DNA of 64,000 nt from the human T2T-CHM13v2.0 reference genome, Homo sapiens. The first letter of the stretch is position 1; every line of letters begins with the position of its first letter. The notes below the pieces were generated by a model. It saw only the letters and a list, made by a program, of their open reading frames with translations. It did not search any database and was not told where the DNA came from. The stretch is from assembly GCF_009914755.1 (NCBI RefSeq), contig NC_060932.1. One strand, 5' to 3'. The position numbers and the translations under genes are program-made. Below, piece after piece: positions 14,094 through 24,802 of the stretch.

Positions 14094-15919
14094 CCAAGAT
14101 ATAGAATCAACCTATGTGTCCATCAGTGGATGACTGGATAAAGAAAATGTGGTTTATAAACACAATGGGATATTATTCAGCTGTTAAAAAGAATGAAGAC
14201 TGTCATTTGCAGCAACATGGATGAAACTGGAGGTCATTCTATTAAGTGAAATAAGCCAGGCAAAGAAAGACAAATATGGCATATTCTCTTTCATATTTGA
14301 GAGATAAAAACATGAATCACATGGAGATTGAGAGTTGATTGGTGGTTACCAGAGGCTGAAAAGGAGAGGGAAGAGGAGAGTATAAGGAGATACTGGACTA
14401 AGTTACAATTAGGAGAACTAAGTTCTGGTGTTCTACTGCACAGTAGGGCATTTAGTTTACAGGGTAGCAGCTCTCAGGGGCTTTATCTTACTTCAGTAAT
14501 TTGAAAGGAATGGTGGAGGGATTCATAAAATTAAAAATTTTTTCGTAGAAGTTTACCATTCTATTCTAATTTTAATCCCATTATATGAATGTTATACACA
14601 TTGCATAGATTTATATTGTGAACAATAATTTATTGTATACTTAAAAATAACTAGAAGAGAAGATCTGGAATGTTCTCAACACAAAGAAATGATCAATATT
14701 TGAGTTGATGGATATCCCAATTACCCCAATTTGATCATTTCATATCAAATATCATTACAGATATATATGCTGTATGCATATATCAAAATACCACATGTAC
14801 CATATAAATATGTACAATTATTATGTACAATAAAAAAGATTACTGTATCTTGGCTATTGCTTGGGGAAAATAATAGAAAGTGTAAGTGAATGAATAAATG
14901 AGGAAAACTGCTTTTTCTCCTGTGCTTTGCAGGATTAGAACATTATTTCTGATTAATTTAAACTTATATAATTAAGTCAATATGAAGCATAAATAGGAAA
15001 TAAAATCTTCATATTAAATTTTTAGAAAAATACAATAAAATGTCTATATTAAAATAAATGAACCTTCTTACATGATTTTTGAGATTGACAACTGACCAAA
15101 ACCTATTACATACATTACATGGTATAATAAAAATAACTGCTCTGGCTATGTCTGGAAGTCTTTGCAGCTGCAAGTGTACTTCTTGGAAATAAAGTTTGTG
15201 TTTACACAGGTGTGGCCATATTTAACAAAAAAATTTTTTATGCACTATGCAAACAGCTGCCTGTCTGTTTTCTTTGGCAGAGTTCTTTCCAACTGAAACA
15301 ACTTATATCAAGCACATCGCTCTGTGATACTTATATAAACAACACAGAAAAATTCCTGTACAAGGAAGAGGTTTCTCATAATGTGTCTGACAGATAAACT
15401 AGTAAAGCAGAAGCCACTTGATTGGAGCCTGCTAAGAAAACTACGTCCTTAGTGAAATATTTACCGTCTAATATGTGTGCAAGCTGCTAGAGAAACATTA
15501 AGTTTGCAGGGTAGCAACTATCAGGGGCTTTATCTAACTCTCATAATTTGAAGGGAATAATGGCTGGCAGAGGGATTCATAAAATTGAGCATTTCCTTGT
15601 AACAGTTTAGTATTCTAATCTAATTTTAGTCTTTGCATAGATTGCTTTCCAAAACATGTAGTTGTAAAATATATTATTTTTAATATATTAATATATAACA
15701 ATAAATAGATTATTTTGTTAAGTAATTAAGAATGTCATATTTGAAAAGTTACATATATTTATAAAATCATACTTAAGAGTATTAATTTTGATTGATTTTC
15801 TAACAAAAATCGACAGCTTTTACATTGTGCAATTTATTTTCTTGAAGGCAGAAATTCCTTATAGATAATCGGGATAAAACAGTTGATTTATCTCCTATTT
15901 CAATGTTTATGTTAAACTT

Positions 15920-16030
15920 TATCCATTAATTTAACAGCTCCTACAATGTTCCAGGCACTCACTATTCCAGGTACTGAGAATAAAGAAATGAACAAAACAG
16001 AAAAAAACTCTTGCCCTTTAAGAACAGTAT
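15920..16030 (-). mobile_element. L2 3' fragment
   Basis: CCAGGCACT ... AGGTACTGAGAATAAAGAAATGAACAAAACAG ... CTTGCCC. Confidence 0.65.
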
Positions 16031-16681
16031 GCTTCAGAAGAATGTTAAAAGTTACTGCTATAAACCGTGTGAAAATTAGGAAAATTGAATCAGAAATATG
16101 AATGATGTAAAGAATGTATGATGGGAGATAGAATAGCAGTGATGAAAGGAAAGTTCAACCCAAAGTCCTTAGCTTGAAAGGTTTGCTCATGGTAGACCAG
16201 TTTATTCCTCACCATTAATTTTCCCTGATTGAAAAAGATTCCGTAACTGAAATCTTAATTTCCCTATTATAAGGCAATCATAATTACAATTTCAATAGTT
16301 AAAATAGTAATGGAAGGGTTTCTAAACAAATAATATCCAAATCAGTAACCTTGGCCTTCTCTGAGACTTCTAGCCAGAGGTCAGGTTGTAGCAGAAAGCC
16401 TCCCTCTGACTGAAAACTCTGTCTAAAGCAAGTACCACAGATACGTGCCTCAAAAATCTCAAACACATGGGACAGCATTGATCCTCAAGGTTCTGAAATA
16501 CAAATAGAGGTTTTAACATGATAAAATACTCTGTGCTTTAGAATATATTTCTATCAATGTTTTATTGTTTAATAGCATAATATGCATTATTGAATACATT
16601 ACAATCATGTGTTAAGACAACACTTGAAATACTTAAAAAAAACCTTTCTAAACTGTTTAGAAGCCTTCATTCAAGTATGTT

Positions 16682-17134
16682 TGTATGAAGATTCTTAGCT
16701 TGACCAAACTTTAGTCAGGCTCCTAAAACCTTCTCCTAGGCCCATCTGTGCACTTCCTTGTAAAATTCAGTTTTAGTGAAAACCCTGCTAAGTTCTAGCA
16801 AGAACCCTCTCTTCCACCATATCATATAACCCCTTGATATCTCATTGGGTTTCCCATTCTTTACTATTCCCCGGATGATGTCTGATCACCCTGACTTGTC
16901 TTCAACAAGAATCCTGTTAGTTCAGTTTTGCCAAAATTCTCCTTACCTCTGATGTTTCTCCTAACTTTCTATCCACTGACCCCTCACTGCTCCATGGCTA
17001 TAAATTGCTACTTGCCCATGTTATATTCAGAGTTGAGCCTCATTCTCTTCGGAAGTATCTTTTCCTGTAATGTGATAAACCTAAATAAAATCTGTTTTTA
17101 CCACTCTACCCTCCAGCTCTGGTTTTTCTTTGAC
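16682..17134 (+). mobile_element. ERV1 solo LTR, MER67/MER31 family
   Basis: TTGACCAAACTTTAGTCAGGCT ... CTAGGCCCATCTGTGCACTTCCTTGTAAAA; TATAAA and AATAAA present; ends TTTTTCTTTGAC. Confidence 0.8.
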
Positions 17135-18379
17135 CGTGTATTAGGTTGAAACAGGATTTATTCATTTTTGCATTGTAGTCTAAGCTCTACACAAACCAAA
17201 TCAATATTTTATATCAAAGCTGTGTTTATTCTTGGACACATTCAGAGTGTTTCTGTGTTTAATTACCAGAGCATTCCTAGTTAATTCTAAAATAAAACAA
17301 ATAATAAAATGTTCTTTTATGTGGTGAAAGCGAATATATGAATGAGTTTTTCATTTTGTGCCACACCTTTACCCTGGGAGGAACCAATTCAAAAGGTTGT
17401 TTACTACTGCTAACTGACCTGTTTAAATGAAGTGTCAGTCAAGAAATCCAGACCTCTGAGTGACCTGATAAAATATCCATGACATATTAGCTGTGTCCCT
17501 AGGCTAATGGGAAAATTCAGATAGGATTTTTCCAAAATAAAAGGAGTAAATCATCATCACCATTAACACATGTACTAACAAATGCCTGATTTGTCTAAGT
17601 CTCTAGAACCTGAATGCAAGGGTAGCTGCTTGAATATCTTTCCAGAAACCTTCAAGTTTAAGCAATGAGAAAAACAGAGCTGAAATCCTACAAAGAGATT
17701 TCCCTCATTACCCCTTCTTCAGAAGGGCTCTTCTGTGATATATAGTTACACTCAGGAGTAATCCACAAAATTAGCTCAAGGGGATAGCTGTGATCTTTGC
17801 ACTGTTAATTACTTTTCAAAGTGTGATTTCTTGGCTGGGTCTTACTTTTTCTCAGAAATTTTGCCATTCTCTTCATAATACATATATCTCTGATTTGTGA
17901 AGAAAATGGTTGAGGTTTCAATATATAAGCAAAAAAAAAAAAGTCAAGAAAACTTTCCTAACATTCTTTTATTCTTGCTTCTACTTATTCATTTCCTTTT
18001 CTGTATTGCCTATTGTTCTTTCTGATAATAAAATGCTCTTGGCAGAAAATATTAAAAAGTATAAAAATGTATAAAGAAGATAGTTAAAATCCCCAAGAAT
18101 CCTAATCCAGCAATGAATACTTCTAAATTTTAATGGGCTTTCTCCCAGTAGTTTCATGGTGATTTTTTACATAATTAGTATCACTTAACTTGTCTTGCTG
18201 GGCCAAAGAAAATGAGTTTGTTTAGAATTCTTCACAGACATCACTTTTCATTTTCAGACACAGATACTGACTCACACTTCTGTCTTATATAAAATTGTCC
18301 ATCTAATTGCAGCCTTACCAGTAGTTTATACTTTTACATTTTTTTGTATATGAAGTTATTTTAATTGCCATATCTTTAA

Positions 18380-18750
18380 TACTGGGAAGATAGTTTTTGT
18401 CCTATTGTTAGTTTAGTAGTTATTTATGTTATACTGAATATTTTTGTCATTGATTGGTGTGTTCTTTATATTTTAATACTAACTCATTTTCATAAGAGTG
18501 GCAAATATTTCCTATTTTTCCACTTGCATTTTAGTTTTATTAATTTCTTTGGTGGAGAGAAGTTGTTAATGTTTATACAGTCCAACATGTTGATTTCTTT
18601 ATTTATGGTTTTATCTGCTTTTATATTTATAAAGACATTGCACATTCAAAGATCAAAGGAACATTTGCCAGCATTTTACAGATTTTTTTACAGCTTTTCA
18701 TTTGTAAAATTTAATTGGCTAATCCATCTGGAATTAATTTTTATTTCATG
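18380..18750 (-). mobile_element. Old L1M ORF2 fragment
   Basis: GGCAAATATTTCC ... AATCCATCTGGAATTAATTTT, typical of antisense L1 ORF2. Confidence 0.6.
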
Positions 18751-18992
18751 AAATCAAGTTTGCCACTCCTTTATCATTTTACGCTGATTTCTTTTTCCTC
18801 AGACTGCTTGGCTGTCTACTATTATATTATTCATTTTCTCTTACACTACCAGAACGTTTGATGCTAGAGGTAAAGGCGCTTTGTCTATTTTGTCAGCTGC
18901 TGAAGCTTCAGGGACAGTGCTCAGTCACGCACTTGATTTTGGATCAGTATTTGTGGTGTTTTGTTTGTTTGTTTTGTTTGTTTGTTGTCCTA

Positions 18993-19362
18993 CCAGCTTT
19001 ATTGAGGTATAATATAGAAATAAAAATTATAAATATTAAGGCATACAACATAATGTTTGATATATATGCATGATTGTGAAATTATTACTGCAATAAAGCT
19101 AATTAACATATACATCACTTTATGTAGTTACCATTTGATGCGGGTTGGAGAGACTACTTAATACCTACCCTCTTCGCAGATTTCAACTGTACAATACTTA
19201 ACTGTAATCTCCAGAACTTACTCATCTTATAACTGAAAGTTTAAGATGAGTAATTGGTCAACAACTCCCACTTCCACCACTCATGAACCAAACCCCTGGT
19301 CACCACCAGTCTACTCTGTTTCTATGAGTCAGACTTTTTCAGATTCTACATATAAATGAAAT
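18993..19362 (-). mobile_element. L1MA8/9-like 3' end
   Basis: CCAGCTTTATTGAGGTATAAT ... CCAGAACTTACTCATCTTATAACTGAAAGTTT ... AGATTCTACATATAAATGA. Confidence 0.85.
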
Positions 19363-20794
19363 TTCACACCAAAAATAAAATTTAATCATCTATGTTTGTT
19401 ATAGTTGATTTTGACCAAACTTTCAAACTTAATATTTTATTAAATTCCTAAAATCATCAAAATTGATAATAATTCCATTTTATAGATGAGGTGACTGTGC
19501 CAGGAAATGAGGACCCATCAGGAAAATTTGAAGTCAGAATTAACAGTGAAACAGGCCCTAGTTTTATTTGGCAACTTCGATCATTCTTAGTGATCACAGA
19601 CAAACGAATATCAGAAAATAAATGATTTTGTGGAAAAAAACCACAGAACCATTCATCTTTACTCTTCACCTTAAATTTCTAGTGAGGGTAACATACTTTA
19701 TATGCCAAGTGTTACCCCTATTGGAGTCTTTCAAAACAACATTCTTAAAAAATACTTTGGTGCCCCATAAAAGAAATGTGAAGTTTTGTGTAAAAATAAT
19801 TATACCAATTAAAACTTAATTATATGATTAAAGCCTAATTATACCAATTTTATTCCTAACTATAGACAAAGTCAACAAATTTGTGGGCTTTTTCCCCCCT
19901 TGGGAAAAAGGAGAAAGAAAAATTATATCTATTTCACTCAAAGTATTAAGGTAGTTTCTCTAAAACAGTCTCTTTTTAAATATGATATGCAAAACACCAC
20001 CAAGCCTTAAAAATGTGAGGTTAAATGAATATTTCTTGATCAAATTGCTAAAGGACTCTATGCTTATATGGCTAAATCCACTTTTGAAGTAATATTAGGC
20101 ACCTCTTGTTAAAATGAACAGAAGTCATACCCGTAATCCAAAAGAGAATCAAGCATAAATTTTGGGTTTCCAAATCTTTCAAAATTACTCTTCCCAAATC
20201 AAAACTGTCCCAGGAATTCTGAATCATTTTAACCAAGTGTGAAGCAATGTTGTAATGCTGTGGGAAGAATGCATGGTAATAAACTAATTACAAGGAATTA
20301 CTTTAAAATTAAATTAAAGACTAAGAAAAGCCCTTGGTTTCTTAATCATTTTTTACATATTTTATTTTATTAATGTTGTAAGTTATTTTCCTGGAGATCA
20401 AAATATAAGCTCTTGTTAATAGACATACTTTGTTATAGTCTGTGGTGGTACAATTTAGTAGGTTTTCGAAGTAACTCATTTATATCTGCCACCCAATTAA
20501 CTATATATTACTCAAAAATGTTTACTTCTTAGAATAAGAAGTTACATACATTACATACCGCAGCCAAGCTCCTTTATTTCCTTATTTTAAAGTCCAGACA
20601 TATACTGAGAAGACAATGAAAAGTATCACTTTCCCTGAAATCACTCCCTTCACTTTATTTATCCTTTAGATAGATCATAATGCAGAGAGTGTTTATTGAT
20701 TGGTTTGTTGAGGCACATAGGCAAAAACATTGGGGGGTGAGTAGAAACATCTGGGTTCTAGCTAAAGTTCTGCTGGTGTTACTACCACTCCTAC

Positions 20795-20950
20795 CAATAC
20801 CTGTATTTGCTGAACATTTGCCATATGCCAGTCACTGTGACAAAAGCTTTATTGACATTCAATCATTTAATCCTTTCAGAAACCCATTGTGCAGATAAAG
20901 ATCCCAAAGCCCCAAGAAGTCAAGTAGCATTTTAAGGGTCATTTGCCTGA
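20795..20950 (-). mobile_element. MIR, split by an MLT1A LTR (resumes ~21333-21390)
   Basis: TGCCAGTCACTGTG ... TCATTTAATCCT. Confidence 0.6.
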
Positions 20951-20976
20951 CCCTTACCTGATCCTTGCCTCATTAA

Positions 20977-21332
20977 TGCTGTGGTCTGAATCTTGTGTTC
21001 CTGGAAATTCGTATATTGAATGAAACCTAATCATCAATGGGCTGGTCTTGGAAAATGAGGTCTTTAGTAGGTGATCTTAGAAGCTGGGAGTATGGGATTA
21101 GTGTCACTGTAACAGAGGTCACAGAGAGCTTCCTTGCCCCCTCTACCATGTGAGGACACAGCAAGAAGGCACCATCTGTAAGTCAGAGAGCAGGCCCTCC
21201 TCCAGACACTGAACCTGCTGGTGCCTTGATCTCGAACTTCCTATATCCTCCAGAACTGTGAGAAATAAACGTCTGTTGTTTTATAAGCCATGCAGTTTAT
21301 GGTATTTTGTTATAGCAGCCCAAACTAAGACA
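20977..21332 (+). mobile_element. MLT1A-family MaLR solo LTR
   Basis: TGCTGTGGTCTGAAT ... CCATGTGAGGACACAGCAAGAAGGCACCATCTG ... CCAGAACTGTGAGAAATAAA ... ACTAAGACA. Confidence 0.9.
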
Positions 21333-22241
21333 CCTGAAAGCAGTAGCGCTGGGATACGAATTTTGATTTTTCTGCTACAGACTCTTAACATAATGCTTTC
21401 TGAATCTTAATATTGCCATCAATAAATGAGTCAGTTTAAGTTTAGGTCTAGGTTTTCTTTAGCTCCAAAATTATTTTTCCAAAGGAACAAAGGCATAAGA
21501 TGAAAATTAAATACTCTAGTTGAAGCAGAGGTGGGATCCCAAAGTGTTCTCTGTCTAAGGCAGCTCACCTCTCCCCTGGATGCTCATGAGGACGTTCTCT
21601 AGAACCTGTAGGAATCTGTGGAACATTAAATGAAAACACCAGATGCTTGAGACTACTTTCAAAGTATTTTCCAGATCTATAAGTTACTGGTTAAAGTGAA
21701 GAAAAACATACATTTTTATGAAAGTTGGCAATAGGTTAACTTAAAAAAGAAGCAGAATGCTTGGCTGTTCTGCCTCTCTTTGATCTTCTCTGTTGAGTGG
21801 ATATGGTGTTTTAGTGCATTTACACACATATGCAGAGACTAAGCCATTATTTTAATAGCGATGTCTTACAACTGAAGAAACGTAAATACCAAACCTGACT
21901 CTTGAAAGGAAAACATACGGTAGACATAAATGTCATTTTTTTTTATCATTGGCTACTAATTTGTAACTCCCTTTTCTTTCATTGCTTCACTCAGGTTCAA
22001 GTTTCCCAGTAGCATCACTTTTCAAGATCGTAAAAAATTAATCCTATGTGAGTGGATGGCATCTCTTAGTTTATATACAAGTTTATCCTGCTCCTGCCAT
22101 TGTCTTAGGCAACATCACATCTGTCACAGTCCCGAATTTTAGTCCTCTGCTTTTTAGCCTCCTGGATGAAAAAAAAAAGGCAAGGAACAATCTGCTTCTG
22201 AAAACAGCTGTGGAAACATGTGGTCTAAGGGAACATGAAAA

Positions 22242-22530
22242 ATTCAATTCAGCAAATATATAGTGAGCATCTATTATGTGCAAGTCCCTGTGCTAGAGGC
22301 TTGCTGGTGGGGAAGGGAATATAAAGACAGGATCTCTGCCCCCAGGGAATCTCTCAGTGTTATGGGAAATACAAACATGTCACAACAGCCAAATTAAATG
22401 TAAATAAATAAAGTGCATGCTAAAAATTATTAGCTGTGAGGTTGAGAGAATGATTTGCTCTGAATGGCAGAATCTAGAATGGCATCTGAGCTGGACCTGA
22501 AGGGCAGGTGAAATGTGGGAAGAGTACCCA
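22242..22530 (-). mobile_element. L2 fragment
   Basis: ATTCAATTCAGCAAATAT ... GAGCATCTATTATGTGCAAG ... TGAGCTGGACCTGAAGG. Confidence 0.7.
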
Positions 22531-22839
22531 GGGTTCATAGTTATTTGGCCATTTGGTTTGAGTGAGTTTGGCCCAAGTCTTGGTTTTCATCGCAGTGCAC
22601 TCTTATTTTAAATCTTATTTCTGATGTGCCTGTCCTTGGCTTCAAGTAGTCATTCAATGATCAAGGGAGAAGTAGCAATGACATTGGAATAGCAACAAGA
22701 CAAGGGTGACACCGAATCTTTATTTTCTCCCTTTTTGTTTTCATGTACCAATGCAATCATTTCTATAAATACAGACCCCTTCAGATGGCTCAATACTGCC
22801 CCCTCTTTTTCCAGCCATACGACTTCCAAGTTTATGACT

Positions 22840-23430
22840 ACCTCCCTTCCATTTGAATTACTATAATGGTCTCCTAGATGTTCCCACCTCTTCTAGGTCT
22901 TGCTGTTTATTTTTTAAACTATTCTCCCCCAAGAAAGATCCACCAAGGTAGTTTCTATAATGGAAGAGTCTGATTCTATGATTCCGCAAGTTAAAACTTC
23001 TGAATTGCTACACATTACTTTCTGTATAAAACCCAAACTCTGGAAGACAGGGATTATCTGGTCTTTCACCCAGTCCCTAGATAGCTTTCTAAACTTATTC
23101 CCTGCAATTCCTCCACTTTCACCGTAGGCTACAACTGCACTGCTTGCAGGTCTCTCAATGGTTCATACTCTTTCTTGGTGCTTCATTTGAACAAAACCTT
23201 TGCCCGGGAGCTTTCCTCTTCCACCCCAACCTTTTGGTTGGCTAACTCTTTTGTCCCCTGGGTTCCTGTTTAGATATTGCTTATTCCTAGAGGCCTTCAC
23301 TGACCTCCACATCTAGACTAAATCCCTCTCCTATGGGATCCCACAGTCCTGTGCAGTTATTCTCATTGCAGCCCATATTGTTCTGTATTATATTTGCTTG
23401 CTTACTTATCTCTATCAGCTATAAGACTGG
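22840..23430 (+). mobile_element. L2 fragment
   Basis: Pyrimidine-rich L2 3' motifs, e.g. ATAAAACCCAAACTC and AGGCCTTCACTGACC. Confidence 0.6.
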
Positions 23431-23593
23431 GATTGTGTTTGTGAAGGAAGGAAAGAAGTCAAGGCAGTAGAAATTAAACCCACTTCTCCTTGTCTAGATC
23501 TATATCAGCTATAAGACTGGCATTGTGTTTTGTGAAGGAAGGAAAGAAGTTAGTCAAGGCAGTAGAAATTAAACGCACTTCTCCTTGTCTAGA
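23408..23593. repeat. Two-copy tandem duplication, ~90-bp unit
   Basis: TATCAGCTATAAGACTGG ... CTTCTCCTTGTCTAGA at 23413-23498 and 23503-23593. Confidence 0.97.
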
Positions 23594-24010
23594 AGGCAAT
23601 GCAGAAATACTATGCAGCGGTAGATGCTAAATAATGCACATCTGATTTTAAAAAGTCTTTTTCAGGGAATTATAGTTCATTGGAAATAAATTGGTAGGTC
23701 ACCCTTCCCTACATTAAAGATGGAAAGTGTAATGAGAGTGAATAAATGTCTCTTTATGTCATTAAAACTTTACTGTTAATTTATTCTCTAGACCTTATAT
23801 TGTAACACAATACCTTTTCCCCCCAAGACTAACATAGGTTTATCAGCCATTCTAGAGGGAAAACTGCATAAGCAATTCTGGGTTCCCAATATTCCACAAG
23901 TTTTTAAAAAATGTTTGTTTTTAGTATGTGTGTTGACATTAGTGTTGATAGAGAAAACGGGGATATTTAACTGCAGAAAGAAATAAATTTGAAACTTAGA
24001 CCTCTTCTCA

Positions 24011-24103
24011 ATTATCATTTCAGACAAAGTACCACGTAACCAAATTAAGAATGAAACTCAAATTCTTAATTTGGTTACGTGGTACTTTGTCTGAAATGAT
24101 AAT
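24011..24103. repeat. Perfect inverted repeat, 42-bp arms and 9-nt spacer
   Basis: 24011-24052 ATTATCATTTCAGACAAAGTACCACGTAACCAAATTAAGAAT is the exact reverse complement of 24062-24103. Confidence 0.98.
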
Positions 24104-24220
24104 GTTTTAGGACAATTTTGAGAAATGTTCTGCTATTGATCCTTATTCACTGGGTAGGACTGACTGTAATAAAGTTTATAATTAGCAATCAAATAAATAT
24201 TATTTAATAAAATAACTTTC

Positions 24221-24802
24221 ATGGAATCAACATAAGTATCCATCAATGATAAATGGAGAAAGAAAATGTGGTACATATACACAATGAAATATTATTCTGC
24301 CATAAAAAAGAATGTAATCTTGCCATTTGCAGCAACATGGATGGATCTGGAGGTCATTTGGTAAATGAAATAAGTCAGGCACAGAAAGACAAATGTTGCA
24401 TGTTCTCACTCATATATGGGAGTGAAAAAACTGGATCTCATGGAAGTACCACATACAATGTAGGTTACCAGAGGCTGTGAAGGGAAGAGGGAAAAGGGGA
24501 TGAAAAGAAATTGCTTAAGAGGTACAAAAATACAGTTAGATAGAAGGATAGTTAGATAGAACTTTTAGTATTCGATAGTACACTAGGGAACGTATAGTTA
24601 AAATTTGTTGTTTATTTAAAAATAGCTAGAAGAGAGGATTTGTAATGTTCCCAACACAAAGAAAAAAATAAATGTTTGTCAGGATGAATATCCCAATTAC
24701 CCTGATTTGATCATCACACATTGTATACAGGTATCAAAAATACTATGTGTACCTTCAAAATATGTACAAGTATTATATATCAATTTTAAAAATTAAATAA
24801 AT
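24221..24802 (+). mobile_element. L1MA 3' end
   Basis: ATGGAATCAAC ... AAGAAAATGTGGTACATATACACAATG ... CCCAATTACCCTGATTTGATCAT ... A-rich tail. Confidence 0.9.

Larger units (their letters stand above)
13005..14838 (+). mobile_element. 5'-truncated L1MA (ORF2 end and 3' UTR), interrupted by an Alu monomer, a THE1 LTR and a templated insert
   Basis: ATGCAAATCAAAACCACAATGA, ACCCAGCAATCCCACTGCTGG, GATGGATATCCCAATTACCC; A-rich end at about 14838. Confidence 0.9.

Noticed and set aside
17138-17155. TATTAGGTTGAAAC resembling a MADE1/miR-548 terminus
   Set aside because: Similarity stops after about 10 nt and there is no second terminal repeat.
23408-23593. Repeat-spacer (CRISPR-like) reading of the direct repeats
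   Set aside because: Only two adjacent copies with no spacer, in primate DNA with no cas genes.
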